A stretch of 64,000 nt of DNA, taken from positions 1 to 64,000 of the forward strand of contig OZ253665.1 in the NCBI GenBank assembly GCA_965263295.1, written 5' to 3'. The stretch is from Spirochaetia bacterium. GTDB taxonomy: Bacteria; Spirochaetota; Spirochaetia; SP-2023. Made by a program: the position numbers and the translations under genes. Every line of letters starts with the position of its first letter. The first letter of the stretch is position 1. Below are positions 20,728 through 32,176 of the stretch, piece by piece. A model generated the notes under the pieces. That model was not told the origin of the DNA. It made no database searches and saw only the letters and a list, made by a program, of their open reading frames with translations.

Positions 20728-21398
20728 ATGAGCAATCTATTTTAGCTCAGCAATGAGCGGATGTCGCGTCTTAAACTCCATTTCCCAAGTCCACACGAGG
20801 GGGCGCGTCCCAGGGTCAATGACAAACGTGTCTTGAGAAGAACTGGTCAAGCCAAGCACTGCAGTGGACGACATGCTGATGATTGATTCCACTCATTTCA
20901 AGGCACACCGCAAGGCATTGAGCCTCAAAAAAGGTGGGATTTGAGCCACGCTTTGATTGGGCTTACTATTCTCAGCCAATATCTCTGAAGGTAGGTATGA
21001 ATAGCCAATTGCATGTTCTGAGCGATGGGGCAGGGCGCCCGATCCGGCTGCATCTGAGAGAAGGGCAAAGAAGTGATTTCAAAGGTTCGGATGTTTTGCT
21101 TTCTGAGTTTCCAGCGGCGTAAGTGCTGATTGCGGATTGAGGCTACGATACTTTTAAAGTAAGAAAAATACTTGCAGATCAGAATATTGCGAGTTGTATT
21201 TCCTGGGTCAAGAACTGTAAGGAGCCAATCGCATATTGTAAAACGACCTATAAAAATAGCCATAAATTCGAGAATATTTTTGCTAAACTGAAATAATGTC
21301 AGTGCATTGTGATGCGATATAATTGTTGAGAACACACCTTTGATTCGACAATTTACATCGCGACAATCGTCTTGTTCTGGATATAAGTCCTGAGCTTA
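20728..21398 (+). mobile_element. IS5-family element, internally deleted and degenerate
   Basis: MSNLF*LSNERMSRL...PRVNDKRVL, MIDSTHFKAHR, GMNSQLHVLSDGAGRP; highly similar to 11930-12339. Confidence 0.85.
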
Positions 21399-21399
21399 A

Positions 21400-21752
21400 G
21401 TGATCTCGAAAGGAACAGGCCGGCACTGTTTGGCCATGTCCTTGAGAATTTCGTTGCAACAGAACTGTTGAAGCTGATGACGTTCCCCAATGACAAGCTG
21501 GATCTACTCCATTTCAGAACGAGCGACAACAAGGAGGTCGACTTTGTCGTGGAGAAACCAAGTGGTCAATTAGCCGCAATTGAAGTAAAACAACGCGATA
21601 ACGTTATCAAATCCGATTTCAAAGGTCTGGAATACTTGCAAAGCATAACCAGCGATGAATTTGCTTGCGGTATTATCCTTTATCGCGGCCGCGATGTTGT
21701 GCCTTTCGGTAAGAATTTCTGGGCCGTGCCGCTGAGTAATCTATGGAAATAA
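21400..21752 (+). pseudogene. C-terminal DUF4143-like fragment of an AAA ATPase, truncated by the IS
   Basis: GHVLENFVATELLK...HFRTSDNKEVDFVVE...AIEVK; N-terminus replaced by IS5. Confidence 0.8.
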
Positions 21753-21821
21753 AAACAAATTACGCAATAGCCCATGCCGTTTACGGCTTGCCATCCATAA
21801 ATTTACTTGGCGACTCGCCAT

Positions 21822-22457
21822 TCAAAAGGCGACAATTTCATCTGCCGCCAGCTGCAAAAGTTCATGATCATGACTGATAAACAGTACTCCGCCGCCTCTT
21901 TCGGCGAATTTACGAACGGCATGAACGACGGTCGCTGTTGTTGCCGGATCCAGCATCGCCGACATTTCATCCATAACGACGTATTGGGGTTGCGCCGCCA
22001 GCGTCCTGACCAGCATTGCCCTTTGCAATTGTCCATCCGAAACCTGGCTGGGAAAGCGCTCAAGCAGATCTCTCGTCAATGATGCGTCATTGAGCAACGC
22101 ATCAATATGAGTGTTTCGCGAAGCAGCCAGTTGAATACTCTTGCCCAAGGTCATGCGCGGATCAAAAGAGCGCCGCGGAGACTGGAAGATCATACCAATG
22201 CATCCTGAGGCGGCGCGACCGGACTTTCTGCGGGCATTCCCAACTTTCACACCGTCACAATGTACAGAACCGGCAGAAGGTGTTGTCAGACCGGCCATGA
22301 CACGCCCAAGTGTCGTTTTGCCGCGACCGGAGGGTCCGGTTAATCCAACGATCACACCCGGCCGAACCGACAAGCTCACCTCATCCAGAACACGCAGCAC
22401 ATTGCCAGAAGGTTGCTTGAATTCAACCACCACATTCTGGGCCGACAAAGCATTCAC
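21822..22457 (-). CDS. Peptide/nickel ABC transporter ATP-binding protein (DppF-like)
   Basis: GPSGRGKT, VSDGQLQR, VMDE, ISHD. Confidence 0.88.
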   Translation of the reverse strand: MNALSAQNVVVEFKQPSGNVLRVLDEVSLSVRPGVIVGLTGPSGRGKTTLGRVMAGLTTPSAGSVHCDGVKVGNARRKSGRAASGCIGMIFQSPRRSFDPRMTLGKSIQLAASRNTHIDALLNDASLTRDLLERFPSQVSDGQLQRAMLVRTLAAQPQYVVMDEMSAMLDPATTATVVHAVRKFAERGGGVLFISHDHELLQLAADEIVAF

Positions 22458-23311
22458 GATTGTTCTCCAGCCGACATAAGGCGCTTTTCATAACAATAAT
22501 CTTCAGGAAGATTTATAAGCACAGGGGTCGGGCCCTTTATCGGATGCAATCCATTTCGCGGCAGCGCTTTAAGCAAATCCTGGGTATACGGGTGCCGGGC
22601 TTGGCCAAACAGAAGCGCGTTTGCCTCTCCCGTTTCAACAATCCGCGAGGCGTAAACAACACTCACCTCGTCGGCGACGTTGGCATCCATAAGCTCAGAA
22701 ATGTCATGGGTTATAAACATGACGGCGACGCCTTGATCGGCAATTTCGCGCAAGAGCATCAGGATGCCATGCGTGAGATCCGGATCAAGCGAAGCCGTCG
22801 GTTCGTCGGCGACAATCACTTGCGGATCACCGGCCAAAGCAAATGCGACAGCAGCCCTTTGCGCCATGCCTCCCGATATTTCATGGGGATAAAGATTGAG
22901 TGCATCAACACTCAGATTGACGCGGTCCATTAGCTCTGCTGGATTCTGCTTTCCATCAAGCACTCTGACCGTTTCCTCCAATTGGGCGCCAACTGTCAAG
23001 ACAGGGGTCAAAAAGGTCGGCGCGGATTGGGGTATAAAAGCAATTTGGCGTCCCGCCAGTTGGGCTTCACGGCCAAAAACACTTTCCCCATCGTAAAACA
23101 CGTCACCACTGACCACGGCTGATCGCGGTAGCAGGCCCGTCAGTGATTTGGCGATGATTGATTTACCGCATCCCGATTCTCCAATAACGGCGTGAATACT
23201 GCCTCGCTGCAGGTTGAAGCAAATTTCTGTCGCGGCATGCACATGTCCGCCTTTTCGCAAGGGTATGCGAACACTCAGCTTGTCCATGGAGACAATCGTG
23301 GAGGCAATCAT
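22454..23311 (-). CDS. Peptide/nickel ABC transporter ATP-binding protein (DppD-like)
   Basis: GESGCGKS, YPHEISGGMAQR, ADEPT, HPYT. Confidence 0.9.
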   Translation of the reverse strand: MIASTIVSMDKLSVRIPLRKGGHVHAATEICFNLQRGSIHAVIGESGCGKSIIAKSLTGLLPRSAVVSGDVFYDGESVFGREAQLAGRQIAFIPQSAPTFLTPVLTVGAQLEETVRVLDGKQNPAELMDRVNLSVDALNLYPHEISGGMAQRAAVAFALAGDPQVIVADEPTASLDPDLTHGILMLLREIADQGVAVMFITHDISELMDANVADEVSVVYASRIVETGEANALLFGQARHPYTQDLLKALPRNGLHPIKGPTPVLINLPEDYCYEKRLMSAGEQS

Positions 23312-24210
23312 CGCAACATCTCATCCGCACCCGTCAAGCGATCTTTCAAGTTCCAACCGATCACACCGACTGAAAGCGTGGTCGCAACCAGAAAGATACT
23401 TGGGAAGAGCAGTATCCACCAATGACCCAAAAGCAAAGCGCCTTCGGCATCGGCTAACAAGGTACCCAGTGATGCTTCATGACGCGGCAGCCCCAAGCCG
23501 AGGAACGAAAGTGTCGACTCGTGCCAAACCGTATGGGGGATGAGCAACACAAAGCCGACCATGCTTTGTCCTAAAGCCGCGGGGACAAGGTGATGGCGGA
23601 TAATTTGCCATCGGCTCATACCGATAAGCCAAGCCGCTTCAACGTATTCGGCATAGCGCAGCCCAAGTATCTGGGCGCGCACAATTCTGGCGATTGGCAC
23701 CCAATGAGTCAAAACAAGGGATGCAATGATGGCGAGGACGGACCCTCGGTAAAAGGAGAGGATAACCACGCCTACAATGAGCGTGGGCAAAGAATTCAAT
23801 CCGTCGATCACCCGCATGATCAGACGATCAACCCAACCGCCCGTCATGCCCGCAAGGATACCCATGAAAGTGCCCAAGCAGGCAGAGAAACAAGATACAA
23901 TCAGAGTAATAAAAAGGGAGACTCTTAAACCGGCCGCGACACGGATGAACAGGTCGTGACCAGCCGAATCTGTTCCAAATAGATTTTGCCAGTTGGGAGG
24001 CAATTCGGCGCGGGCAAAATCGGTAAGATACGGATCGACAGTTAGCAACCACGGGATAAAAATGGCATACAGAAAAATAGCCACCAAAACCACGTAGGCG
24101 GCCGCGACCCGGATCGGAAGGCGATTGAGGCGCTTTGATCCCCATCGCCATTTAAGCAAAACGCCAAGGTTTCTCGAAAATGAGAACTGAGTACTGAGTG
24201 TTTTGAGCAT
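23308..24210 (-). CDS. Peptide/nickel ABC permease (DppC-like)
   Basis: FGTDSAGHD, YVEAA, ESTLSFLGLG. Confidence 0.9.
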   Translation of the reverse strand: MLKTLSTQFSFSRNLGVLLKWRWGSKRLNRLPIRVAAAYVVLVAIFLYAIFIPWLLTVDPYLTDFARAELPPNWQNLFGTDSAGHDLFIRVAAGLRVSLFITLIVSCFSACLGTFMGILAGMTGGWVDRLIMRVIDGLNSLPTLIVGVVILSFYRGSVLAIIASLVLTHWVPIARIVRAQILGLRYAEYVEAAWLIGMSRWQIIRHHLVPAALGQSMVGFVLLIPHTVWHESTLSFLGLGLPRHEASLGTLLADAEGALLLGHWWILLFPSIFLVATTLSVGVIGWNLKDRLTGADEMLR

Positions 24211-24268
24211 CTGCCTCTACCTCCTCAAAGTTTGGGAAGATATTCTATAGACCCGATTTCTAATCGCT

Positions 24269-25297
24269 TTAAGCATCCGCCTCTACGCGAGGATCAAGAA
24301 GAACGAAAATAATATCTGCAAGTAGATTGCCAACGGTGACGAAAAAGATTACCCCAACGGTCAGGGACGCAAGCAATGCAAAGTCAAGAGACTGCGCGGC
24401 ACGGGTGAGCGCGCTTCCCAAGCCCGGCCAGGCGAAAATCGTCTCAACTAAGGTGCAACCGACAATCAATTCCGGGAGTCGGGCGCCGACTAGCGCCACA
24501 AACGAGGGAAGCGCCGTTGGCAATGCATGAAAAAAGGCAATCCTATGGTGGGGAATGCCGCGCACGCGCGCACCAGCCACCGCGTCGGACGCCAAAGTTT
24601 CCGCGATGGACTCGCGCAGGCTCAAAACAAGCCAGGGAATTTGCGAGATACCCAGCACAAGGGCTGGAAGGACCAAATGCTCCAGGGTCGCGGAGACGGT
24701 AATAGGGCGCCCCGGATAACTCAACCCTCCAGTCGGCGCCCAATGCAGGCCCAAGGAAAACACACCCAAAGCCATAAGAGCCAGAATAAATAGCGGTGTC
24801 GCTTGCAAAATGGTGCTGAAGGCACTGATGACCTTGTCTAAAACTCCACCGGGGTGGAATCCGGCCCATGCGCCCAAGACGAAAGACACCAAAACGGAGA
24901 TTGATAGCCCCAAGGCACCGAGCAGAGCTGACCAGGGAAAGCGCTCTGCCAGAACCTGTGTGACGGGCTCGTAGTAAACGCGTGAAGTCCCCAGATCCAG
25001 ATGCAGGAAATTACGAAACCACATCCACCATGATTGATACCAAGGGAGGTCTAGTCCGAGCTGCTCAATCAGTTGCCGTTCCTGCGCGATTGTCAGTTCT
25101 CCAGCGTTGCCTCGCATATAGGCATCAAGGGGATCAAAAGGGCTGACGGCGGCAAGGGCGAACAGACCTATTGTCACCAGAAAGATAAGTAAAACCAAAA
25201 AATACAGGCGCCGCAGGACCATGGAGGCGACTTCATGTCGCCGCCTGTGCCATCGCCCGATTGCCCTTGATCCAGTGGAAAGTGGAGCGGAGCTCAT
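24269..25297 (-). CDS. Peptide/nickel ABC permease (DppB-like)
   Basis: LGLDLP, DLGTS, VETIFAWPGLG, LDPRV; ATG overlaps the upstream TGA (ATGA). Confidence 0.9.
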   Translation of the reverse strand: MSSAPLSTGSRAIGRWHRRRHEVASMVLRRLYFLVLLIFLVTIGLFALAAVSPFDPLDAYMRGNAGELTIAQERQLIEQLGLDLPWYQSWWMWFRNFLHLDLGTSRVYYEPVTQVLAERFPWSALLGALGLSISVLVSFVLGAWAGFHPGGVLDKVISAFSTILQATPLFILALMALGVFSLGLHWAPTGGLSYPGRPITVSATLEHLVLPALVLGISQIPWLVLSLRESIAETLASDAVAGARVRGIPHHRIAFFHALPTALPSFVALVGARLPELIVGCTLVETIFAWPGLGSALTRAAQSLDFALLASLTVGVIFFVTVGNLLADIIFVLLDPRVEADA

Positions 25298-26926
25298 CTC
25301 TGCCAACTCTCAATTTCATACCACGGGCCGAAATTCACACCGTGCGCATGTGGTTCAAGAATAGGAATCACGTTTTTATACCCTTGGTTCCGTTGAACAT
25401 AGACATGGTTCATGTAAACAAGCTGGAGCATGGCTGGTTTTGACCGGTATTCTTTGGCAACGGAGCGGTAAAGCGCCGCTTGTTTGGCCGTATCCGACTC
25501 TGAGCGAGCATCGTCAAGGAGCTTGTCAACACTTGGGTTACTATAGTCCGAGCCATTGTCCCACTTGGCGCCAGAGCCAAATTCGGCATATTTGGAATGC
25601 AGGATGTGATAGACTTGCCCATCGAGAGAATAGGGCTCCCCGCCGCCGCCCAGCATGACAGATACATGCGCATAATCCTCGCGCGTGACCGACTTTGAGT
25701 TGCGCGAAATCGGCGTCACTTCAATTCCAATTTTTTTCAGATCGCTCGCGACAGCCAAAGATAAATCCCGGCGTGCACTATCCCGGTTTGGAAAATAAAT
25801 GACATCGAAAGCAGCGCGCTGCCCGTTTTTAACCCGGACCCCGTCGGACCCCACTATCCAGCCAGCCTGATCCAGAATTGCTTCCGCTTTTTCTGGGTCA
25901 TAAGGAAACTCTAGCGAGGGATCGTAAGCATCACCGTAAGCGCTGGCCACGAATAGAGAGTTGGCGGTGGGCGTGCCCCTTCAGAACATACTTGACCATG
26001 TAGTCGCGATTCACGGCGTAATTAACGGCAAGGCGCATGGCGTCATCGCCTGTAACCGGATGGCCGGCCGGCAGCGTCATGCCGCGCCAATCCAACGTTT
26101 TGACGGAGAGCACCTCATAGTCCGGGGCCCCAAACGTTTCGGCGAGGTCCTCCGGCAGGATTGTGCCGTCTCCCTCCCCGGCACGTATTTGTTGTGCGCG
26201 CGCATTGTCATCCTCGGTGTGACGGATGACGAGCTTCTTGACGAGTGGCTTTTTGCGCCAGTAATCCTCGCGTGCAATAAATATCGCCTGATCCGACCGA
26301 AGCTCCGACAAAACATACGGACCGGTGCCAACCGGATGCGTATTCAGTGATGAATCCGTCGCTTTTTGCAGATGGTCAAAATCAAATGCTTCTGACGGCG
26401 CAATCGCGTTCAACAACCGGCGATCAAATTGGTTGAACGGCTCCTTGAGGGTGAATTTGACTTGAGAGTTTTCGGCTTCAATCTTCTCAATATTGTCCCA
26501 GTGGGCAATTTGGGTTGAGGCGGAGCGGGGATCTATAAAAGCCCTATAGGTCGCAACGACGTCTTCTGGACCAAACGAGCTCCCGTCCGAGAATGTGACC
26601 CCAGAGCGGAGCGGAACAGTCCAGAGGCGATTCCCATTGGAAGCGATGGCGGGACCCGACGCCAGTAAGGGCAAAAGTTTGGGCTGTCTGTCGAACACGC
26701 CGGGTTCGATGCGATAAAGCCCCTGATACACATGGGAATCACCGTTGCGACCGTGGCCGCTGATCGGATTGTAACGGCCGAGCATGTTGTTATCGAGAAC
26801 AACAACCGTATCGGAGGCTCCCTGCGCACTGGAAGCATGGCCGCGCGCGGCGACAGAAGAAAGGCCGGCAAAAGACTGGGCCGCGTAGACAGACAGTAGA
26901 AGTGCTGATAGTTTGACAATTTTCAT
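25294..26926 (-). pseudogene. SBP family 5 substrate-binding protein split by one frameshift (~25970)
   Basis: ORFs 25931-26926 and 25294-25950 join as ...KGHA/TANSLFVASAYG... if one C is removed; TFSDGS and PVGTGPY motifs. Confidence 0.85.
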
Positions 26927-26984
26927 GAGTTGACTCCTTTCATAAACATTAAATTCAATGATAACTTTCCATGATATATGATCA

Positions 26985-26999
26985 TGAGAATAGCTATCA
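26985..26999. promoter_or_regulatory. Possible Fur-family box upstream of the peptide/metal ABC operon
   Basis: TGAGAAT-A-GCTATCA matches 11 of 14 positions of the TGATAAT-N-ATTATCA 7-1-7 consensus. Confidence 0.3.
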
Positions 27000-27194
27000 A
27001 TACTTGAGATTATTTATAGTTTATAATGTATGAATTGTCAAGTAACTGTGCACAAAATGAGGATGAAAATCAAAAAGATTTACATAAAGAATGAAACGAC
27101 TATCCTGAATACAAAAACGTTGTCCTCGTCGATACATGGACTGTCGATCCGACGCGGGACCGGCTCAGTTTTGCGGGTATCTCAGGCGCATCTC

Positions 27195-28637
27195 TCAATT
27201 CAGGGCAGTAATCGACTTGACTCCACGTGTGAATGCAAGTTTGACAGAGGCCACAAAACGCCGCCAGAGTAAAAGGCTCGTCGCGCCGAAACCCAAGCAG
27301 AGCCCAAACCAGACGCCGTTGCCAGACCAGCCAAGTGGATATCCGCAAACTACCATCGCCGGTATGCCGATACACCAATAACCAATCAGTGTGTTGGTCA
27401 GCCCGGAGCGGGTGTTGCCAATCCCGCGCAAAAGCCCAACACAGATGTTTTGTGAGCCCTTGAAAAGTTGATGGGCAATCGCGAAGCGCAGCAGTATGGC
27501 AGCTGTGGCGAGAACGGCCGGATTACCTGTCATCCCCAGAAACGGACGCAATATAACGTATGGCACCGCCAGGTAAGCCAGCCCGACAAACGTCATCGCC
27601 AGAAAGCTGATCGTCAGAGCTCTGCGCGCAACCGCACCGATCTCGCCATATTCTTCTTTCCCGATCGCGCGACTGACCAGGATTGAGGCGCCGTGCGACA
27701 AGCCGATATTGAACTGATAAACGATATAGGCGAGTTGGTTAACGATGTTGGATGCGGCAAGCGCAATCGGCCCGAAAGTCCCCATCAGCAAGGTGGCGAT
27801 TGATGTGATCGCGGCCTCCGAACCGTAGGTCAGCGCGATCGGAATGCCCATCCGCACGATCTTTAGGACGGTTGTCAGCCGTGCGCGCCAAACGACAAGC
27901 GATAACAGCCCGCCCAGCCGCTCATCGCATCGCACTGCCCTTAGATAAACGAAAAACGTCCACAGCTGCACAAGCGTTGTCGAAAGGCCAATACCTGCCA
28001 AACCGAGGCGAGGGATGACGAAGCACCCGTAAATAAAGATGGCATTCAACGCTGCGTTGACGACGATGGAGCACAGCGTGACCGTCAACAAAGAGCCAGC
28101 ACGACGCATGCCAACCGCGAATTGCCGCAGTACATTCAGCCACAGCATCGGCAGGAAGCCGGGCGCCATGACGAAAATAACCGGCCTGGCCCTAGCGGCT
28201 ACGGCGGACGCTTGACCCAAAAATGTCAGACAGTAACCGATCGCGATCAATAATCCCGCGGCTACAACTGCGACAATCGTGGCAAGAAACAACGCGGCGC
28301 GGACGAGATCGCGGACCTCTTGCCGGACGAGCTCATCGGGTAGATCTCGACGCAAATCCTGGCCTGTCCGTTTCTCGCCCCGCCCCACGGATGTCGCAAT
28401 AAGATTGCCCAAGCCCGTCACCACGCCGACGCACATGGTGCGAAACTGATTGTACAGCAAAATGGCAAGACCTCCGGCCGCAACCGCATCGACACCGATC
28501 CATCCCATCATGAGAAAATCGGTACTCGTCAGCGCCACCTGCGCGAACTGTATTCCCGCAATCGGCGCGGACAATCCGATGATTTCCCGGTAAGGACGGG
28601 GCAAAAACTTCATGCCATGCTCTCGGATAGGCTGCAA
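27195..28637 (-). CDS. MATE family efflux transporter
   Basis: 12-TM MATE pattern, GLLRGIGNTR, GVWFGL; start may be MKF at ~28613. Confidence 0.9.
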   Translation of the reverse strand: MQPIREHGMKFLPRPYREIIGLSAPIAGIQFAQVALTSTDFLMMGWIGVDAVAAGGLAILLYNQFRTMCVGVVTGLGNLIATSVGRGEKRTGQDLRRDLPDELVRQEVRDLVRAALFLATIVAVVAAGLLIAIGYCLTFLGQASAVAARARPVIFVMAPGFLPMLWLNVLRQFAVGMRRAGSLLTVTLCSIVVNAALNAIFIYGCFVIPRLGLAGIGLSTTLVQLWTFFVYLRAVRCDERLGGLLSLVVWRARLTTVLKIVRMGIPIALTYGSEAAITSIATLLMGTFGPIALAASNIVNQLAYIVYQFNIGLSHGASILVSRAIGKEEYGEIGAVARRALTISFLAMTFVGLAYLAVPYVILRPFLGMTGNPAVLATAAILLRFAIAHQLFKGSQNICVGLLRGIGNTRSGLTNTLIGYWCIGIPAMVVCGYPLGWSGNGVWFGLCLGFGATSLLLWRRFVASVKLAFTRGVKSITALN

Positions 28638-28943
28638 TCTAGGCGGCTCAATTAAAGAAACTCTACTTCAATTTCAATGGACAAGAGCATTATCAAAGTA
28701 ACGAGAGCCATAAAAGTAACAAGAGCCATATCGGATGCTTGAATGTCGGATTTGATGAACTCTGGTTGCACAGGCAAATCTATTGTCAAGTTCTTTAACT
28801 GAATCGGTGTAAATTTTTTTCGCCTCAGTGATCTGTTCCGTTTCACACGTCTCCGGTATCGCTGCAAAGACATCAATGGGGGGCTCTTTGATGTCGAAAA
28901 TGGCCGACAACGAACTTTGAAAGGCGGTCGTCGATACGCGCGA

Positions 28944-29456
28944 TTATTTGATATTGTTTGCTCGCTTCCATTTGCGCAGCCGCGTGCGGGCGTTGGCATA
29001 GGGCGACGAGGTGTTGAACTGGATCATGCGCCCCAGCGTATATTTTTTGTACCAACTTGCCCCATAGAGGCGGTCATCCGTCTGGTCCGAAATGAAGGCA
29101 AGAATCCTTTGCTTGGCGTCCTTGAAGTCCTTCAAAAGCTGATCAAAGGGAAGGTCTTCGTAGTCTGAATAGAACTTCTGGGCGAGCACGCCGAGCTCAT
29201 TCCATTTAAAGCCTGTTTCCGGAAAATCAATCGCGGCGCCTTTAGTATAAAGGTCAATCCACTTCAGGACCAGGCGGTTCCATCCGATCAGATAGCTAAC
29301 CAGATTATGCACATTCATCATCGTGCCCTTGGCGTGCCCTTCCAAAGTCCTTTCACGGCATTGCGCCTCGGGAACAGTCTCAAGGTCCTTGAACAGCTTG
29401 GCAAAGTTACCTTCAATTGCGTCGAGCAACTCGGTGCGGGAAGTTGGGATCGGCAT
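28944..29456 (-). CDS. ClbS/DfsB (DUF1706) family protein
   Basis: LVSYLIGW, FPETGFKWNELG, IQFNTSSPY...RLRKWK. Confidence 0.88.
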   Translation of the reverse strand: MPIPTSRTELLDAIEGNFAKLFKDLETVPEAQCRERTLEGHAKGTMMNVHNLVSYLIGWNRLVLKWIDLYTKGAAIDFPETGFKWNELGVLAQKFYSDYEDLPFDQLLKDFKDAKQRILAFISDQTDDRLYGASWYKKYTLGRMIQFNTSSPYANARTRLRKWKRANNIK

Positions 29457-29479
29457 GGTGGGCCATCTCCTTGTTTCAT

Positions 29480-29539
29480 TTTAATCGGCAATTTACATCG
29501 TGACAATCGTCTTGTTCTGGATATGAGTTTTGAGCCTAG
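29480..29539 (+). mobile_element. Isolated IS5 right-end remnant (~60 bp)
   Basis: CGGCAATTTACATCGTGACAATCGTCTTGTTCTGGATATGAG...CCTAG matches the IS ends near 12285-12339 and 21345-21398. Confidence 0.85.
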
Positions 29540-31035
29540 CCTTGCTTCATACTGTAGTTGGGAGCTTCGCTGGTAATTTGCACATCGTGGGGATGGTTTT
29601 CACGCACGCCGGCAGTGCTGATACGTGTAAACTGTATCTCATGTAGTTCCTCAATTTGCGCACAGCCGCAGTAACCCATACCCGAACGAATACCGCCGGT
29701 CAGCTGATAAACTACGTCGGCCAGTTGGCCCTTGTAAGGTACGCGGGCTGCGATGCCTTCGGGCACCAGTTTTTTAGCTTGTTTCTGGTCCTCCTGAAAG
29801 TAGCGCTCGCCAGAGCCGCGCTGCATGGCCTCAAGTGATCCCATGCCCTGGTAGCTTTTATACTGTCGTCCATTGTAAATTATGGTGTCGCCGGGCGATT
29901 CCGCGACGCCGGCAAAAAGCCCGCCAGCCATCACGCACGAAGCCCCGGCGGCTAAGGCTTTGACGATGTCGCCTGAGTAGCGCAGGCCGCCGTCGGCAAT
30001 CACTGGGACGCCGGCTTTGCGAGCTACTTTATAGACGTGATAAATTGCCGAAATCTGCGGTACTCCAACTCCGGCGACTACCCTTGTGGTACAAATGGAG
30101 CCGGGCCCAATGCCTACCTTGAGTGCATCTGCACCGGCTTCAATCAGTAGTTCGGCCGCTTCGGCGGTGGCAATATTACCGACGATTACCTCAACTCGGG
30201 GCCAGAGGCTTTTGAGTTGGCGCAGCAGTTTGACCATGCCTTTAGAATGTCCGTGAGCCGAGTCTAGTACCAGCACATCCACTTCGGCCTCAATTAAAGC
30301 TGCCGCGCGCTCCCGCCATGCGCCGCCAATGCTCAGTGCAGCCCCTGTGCGCAGACGCCCCTGGCTATCTTTACAGGCAAAAGGCTTATCGTGGGCCCAG
30401 GCGATGTCCTTGTAAGTCATCAGCCCCAGCAAGCGATCTGTGCCAGGTTCGACGATAGGCAGTTTTTCGACTTTATGTTGCAGGAGTATCTTGGCGGCAT
30501 CCTCTAGATTGATCATATGATCCACAGTGATCAACTTTTCGCGTTTAGTCATCACTTCGTCTAAGGCTTTGCTGTGGTCCGGCACAAAGCGTAGGTCGCG
30601 GCTCGTCAATAGGCCCTTCAACCGTTTTTGCTCATCGACGACAGGAATGCCGCCAATGTGCTCTGTTTGCATCAAATGCAGGGCGTCATCAATCTTGGCA
30701 CCGCTCAAAATACAGTGCGGCTCCTGAATGACAACGCTTTCGGCACGTTTGACCTGGCGAACCATCATGACTTGTCTTTCGACCGGCATATTTTTATGCA
30801 GGATGCCCAGCCCCCCCTCTCGGGCCATGGCAATGGCCAGATCGGCCTCGGTGACCGTGTCCATCGCCGCTGAAATTATGGGGATTTTTAGCTCAATATT
30901 TTTTGTCAGGTGGCTGCAGAGGTCTACCTCGCAGGGCAATAACTCCGCATAGCGCGGAATGAGCAAGACGTCGTCAAAGGTCACGCCATCAAAAGCTACA
31001 CGCTCCTGGATAAATTGTTGGCTCGCTTGATTCAT
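29536..31035 (-). CDS. guaB: IMP dehydrogenase
   Basis: [19 protein letters not shown] pair, [22 protein letters not shown] at 31035 after AGGAG. Confidence 0.98.
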   Translation of the reverse strand: MNQASQQFIQERVAFDGVTFDDVLLIPRYAELLPCEVDLCSHLTKNIELKIPIISAAMDTVTEADLAIAMAREGGLGILHKNMPVERQVMMVRQVKRAESVVIQEPHCILSGAKIDDALHLMQTEHIGGIPVVDEQKRLKGLLTSRDLRFVPDHSKALDEVMTKREKLITVDHMINLEDAAKILLQHKVEKLPIVEPGTDRLLGLMTYKDIAWAHDKPFACKDSQGRLRTGAALSIGGAWRERAAALIEAEVDVLVLDSAHGHSKGMVKLLRQLKSLWPRVEVIVGNIATAEAAELLIEAGADALKVGIGPGSICTTRVVAGVGVPQISAIYHVYKVARKAGVPVIADGGLRYSGDIVKALAAGASCVMAGGLFAGVAESPGDTIIYNGRQYKSYQGMGSLEAMQRGSGERYFQEDQKQAKKLVPEGIAARVPYKGQLADVVYQLTGGIRSGMGYCGCAQIEELHEIQFTRISTAGVRENHPHDVQITSEAPNYSMKQG

Positions 31036-31139
31036 ACAAAAGGTCTCCTGAAGATTTGCTTTAGTTTTAGGCAAACCCGCAAAAGACCAACCTGTTGGAG
31101 CATAGCCAGAACTGGCGGTTTTGTCCAGTGGACGGGCTT

Positions 31140-32138
31140 TTATAGCAGCAGTTGCCGTAACGCTTGGCCATCTTTATTCAGGTTTGAGGGGCTGTCTTTT
31201 TGCAGCAGCGCTGAGTTCAGGATGACGGGAGCCCAAGGGTTTGGCGGGAAGAGGAAGCCCTGGACAAAACCTTGTTGCCACAGGGCCAGGTAATCTGGCT
31301 CGCTTTGGGGGCCACCTTTCCAGTACAGATAGATGCCATCTTGATGCCATTTGCCACTTTGTGCGGCGCGCCGGCGCAGTTCGGCCAGGGCGGGGCAGTC
31401 AAATGCCGTTTTACCTGGCTCCTGTAGACTCAGAGTTTGCGCCAGGGCCTGGATCAGGGCCTCCATTTGTAGTGGGCTGCAGATGTCAGAAGGAGGAAGT
31501 TTGTTTTGTTTGTCGAAGCTTATTAGCAGGTAAGGTAAAGCCAGACTGGAGAGGCCCAGCACCGGCACAATTAGCCCCTGTGCTGCAAGTTCGCGCTCGC
31601 CTTCATTTGCTCCGACTCCTGACTTTGGGCTGGGTCTTGTGGCTGCAAGTGGGCGCCACAGGCTGATTTTGTCACTCTGCCCCTGGCGCAGCAGTTGAGC
31701 GAGTGAAAAATTTGCCTGAATGCGGTCGATACTTTGTAAGTTGTGCAAAAGGCGAAAATCTTGCAGATCGGGAAAGAGGCGCTGTAAGAGTATGCGCGCG
31801 CGCGCTGCGCCGCGCTCGCTGGGGAGTGCGGCATATAAGCCGCGTGACATAAGGTTTTTTAGTCGCGCTGTGGCAGCAGATGAACGATAGCCACTTAAGG
31901 CCTGACCGGCATCTAGGTAAAGGTCTAAAATACGCGATACCTGGCCTGACTTTCGCAGTTTGCTCTGTCCTGGTAGGCGATGGCCCGGCAAGTCATGACC
32001 CGCCAGGCGATCAAAATACAGGTAGAAACCGCGTGCGCGGCGCAGGCGCGCGCGCTGCAATTGCCGCATGCTGTTCGACAGTTGCTTGGCCAGTTCCGGT
32101 CCGGCCGACTCACACGACCAATATGCAGAAGAAAACAT
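31140..32138 (-). CDS. Hypothetical protein
   Basis: 332-aa ORF co-oriented between the TPR gene and guaB. Confidence 0.6.
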   Translation of the reverse strand: MFSSAYWSCESAGPELAKQLSNSMRQLQRARLRRARGFYLYFDRLAGHDLPGHRLPGQSKLRKSGQVSRILDLYLDAGQALSGYRSSAATARLKNLMSRGLYAALPSERGAARARILLQRLFPDLQDFRLLHNLQSIDRIQANFSLAQLLRQGQSDKISLWRPLAATRPSPKSGVGANEGERELAAQGLIVPVLGLSSLALPYLLISFDKQNKLPPSDICSPLQMEALIQALAQTLSLQEPGKTAFDCPALAELRRRAAQSGKWHQDGIYLYWKGGPQSEPDYLALWQQGFVQGFLFPPNPWAPVILNSALLQKDSPSNLNKDGQALRQLLL

Positions 32139-32176
32139 TGAGCTCCAGAGCGACGAGGATAAAGGATACTTTGAGC

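Noticed and set aside
28652..28999. Small ORFs and an 18-bp duplication (AAAGTAACGAGAGCCATA) between the ClbS-like gene and the MATE
   Set aside because: Only two copies, and no recognisable protein or RBS.
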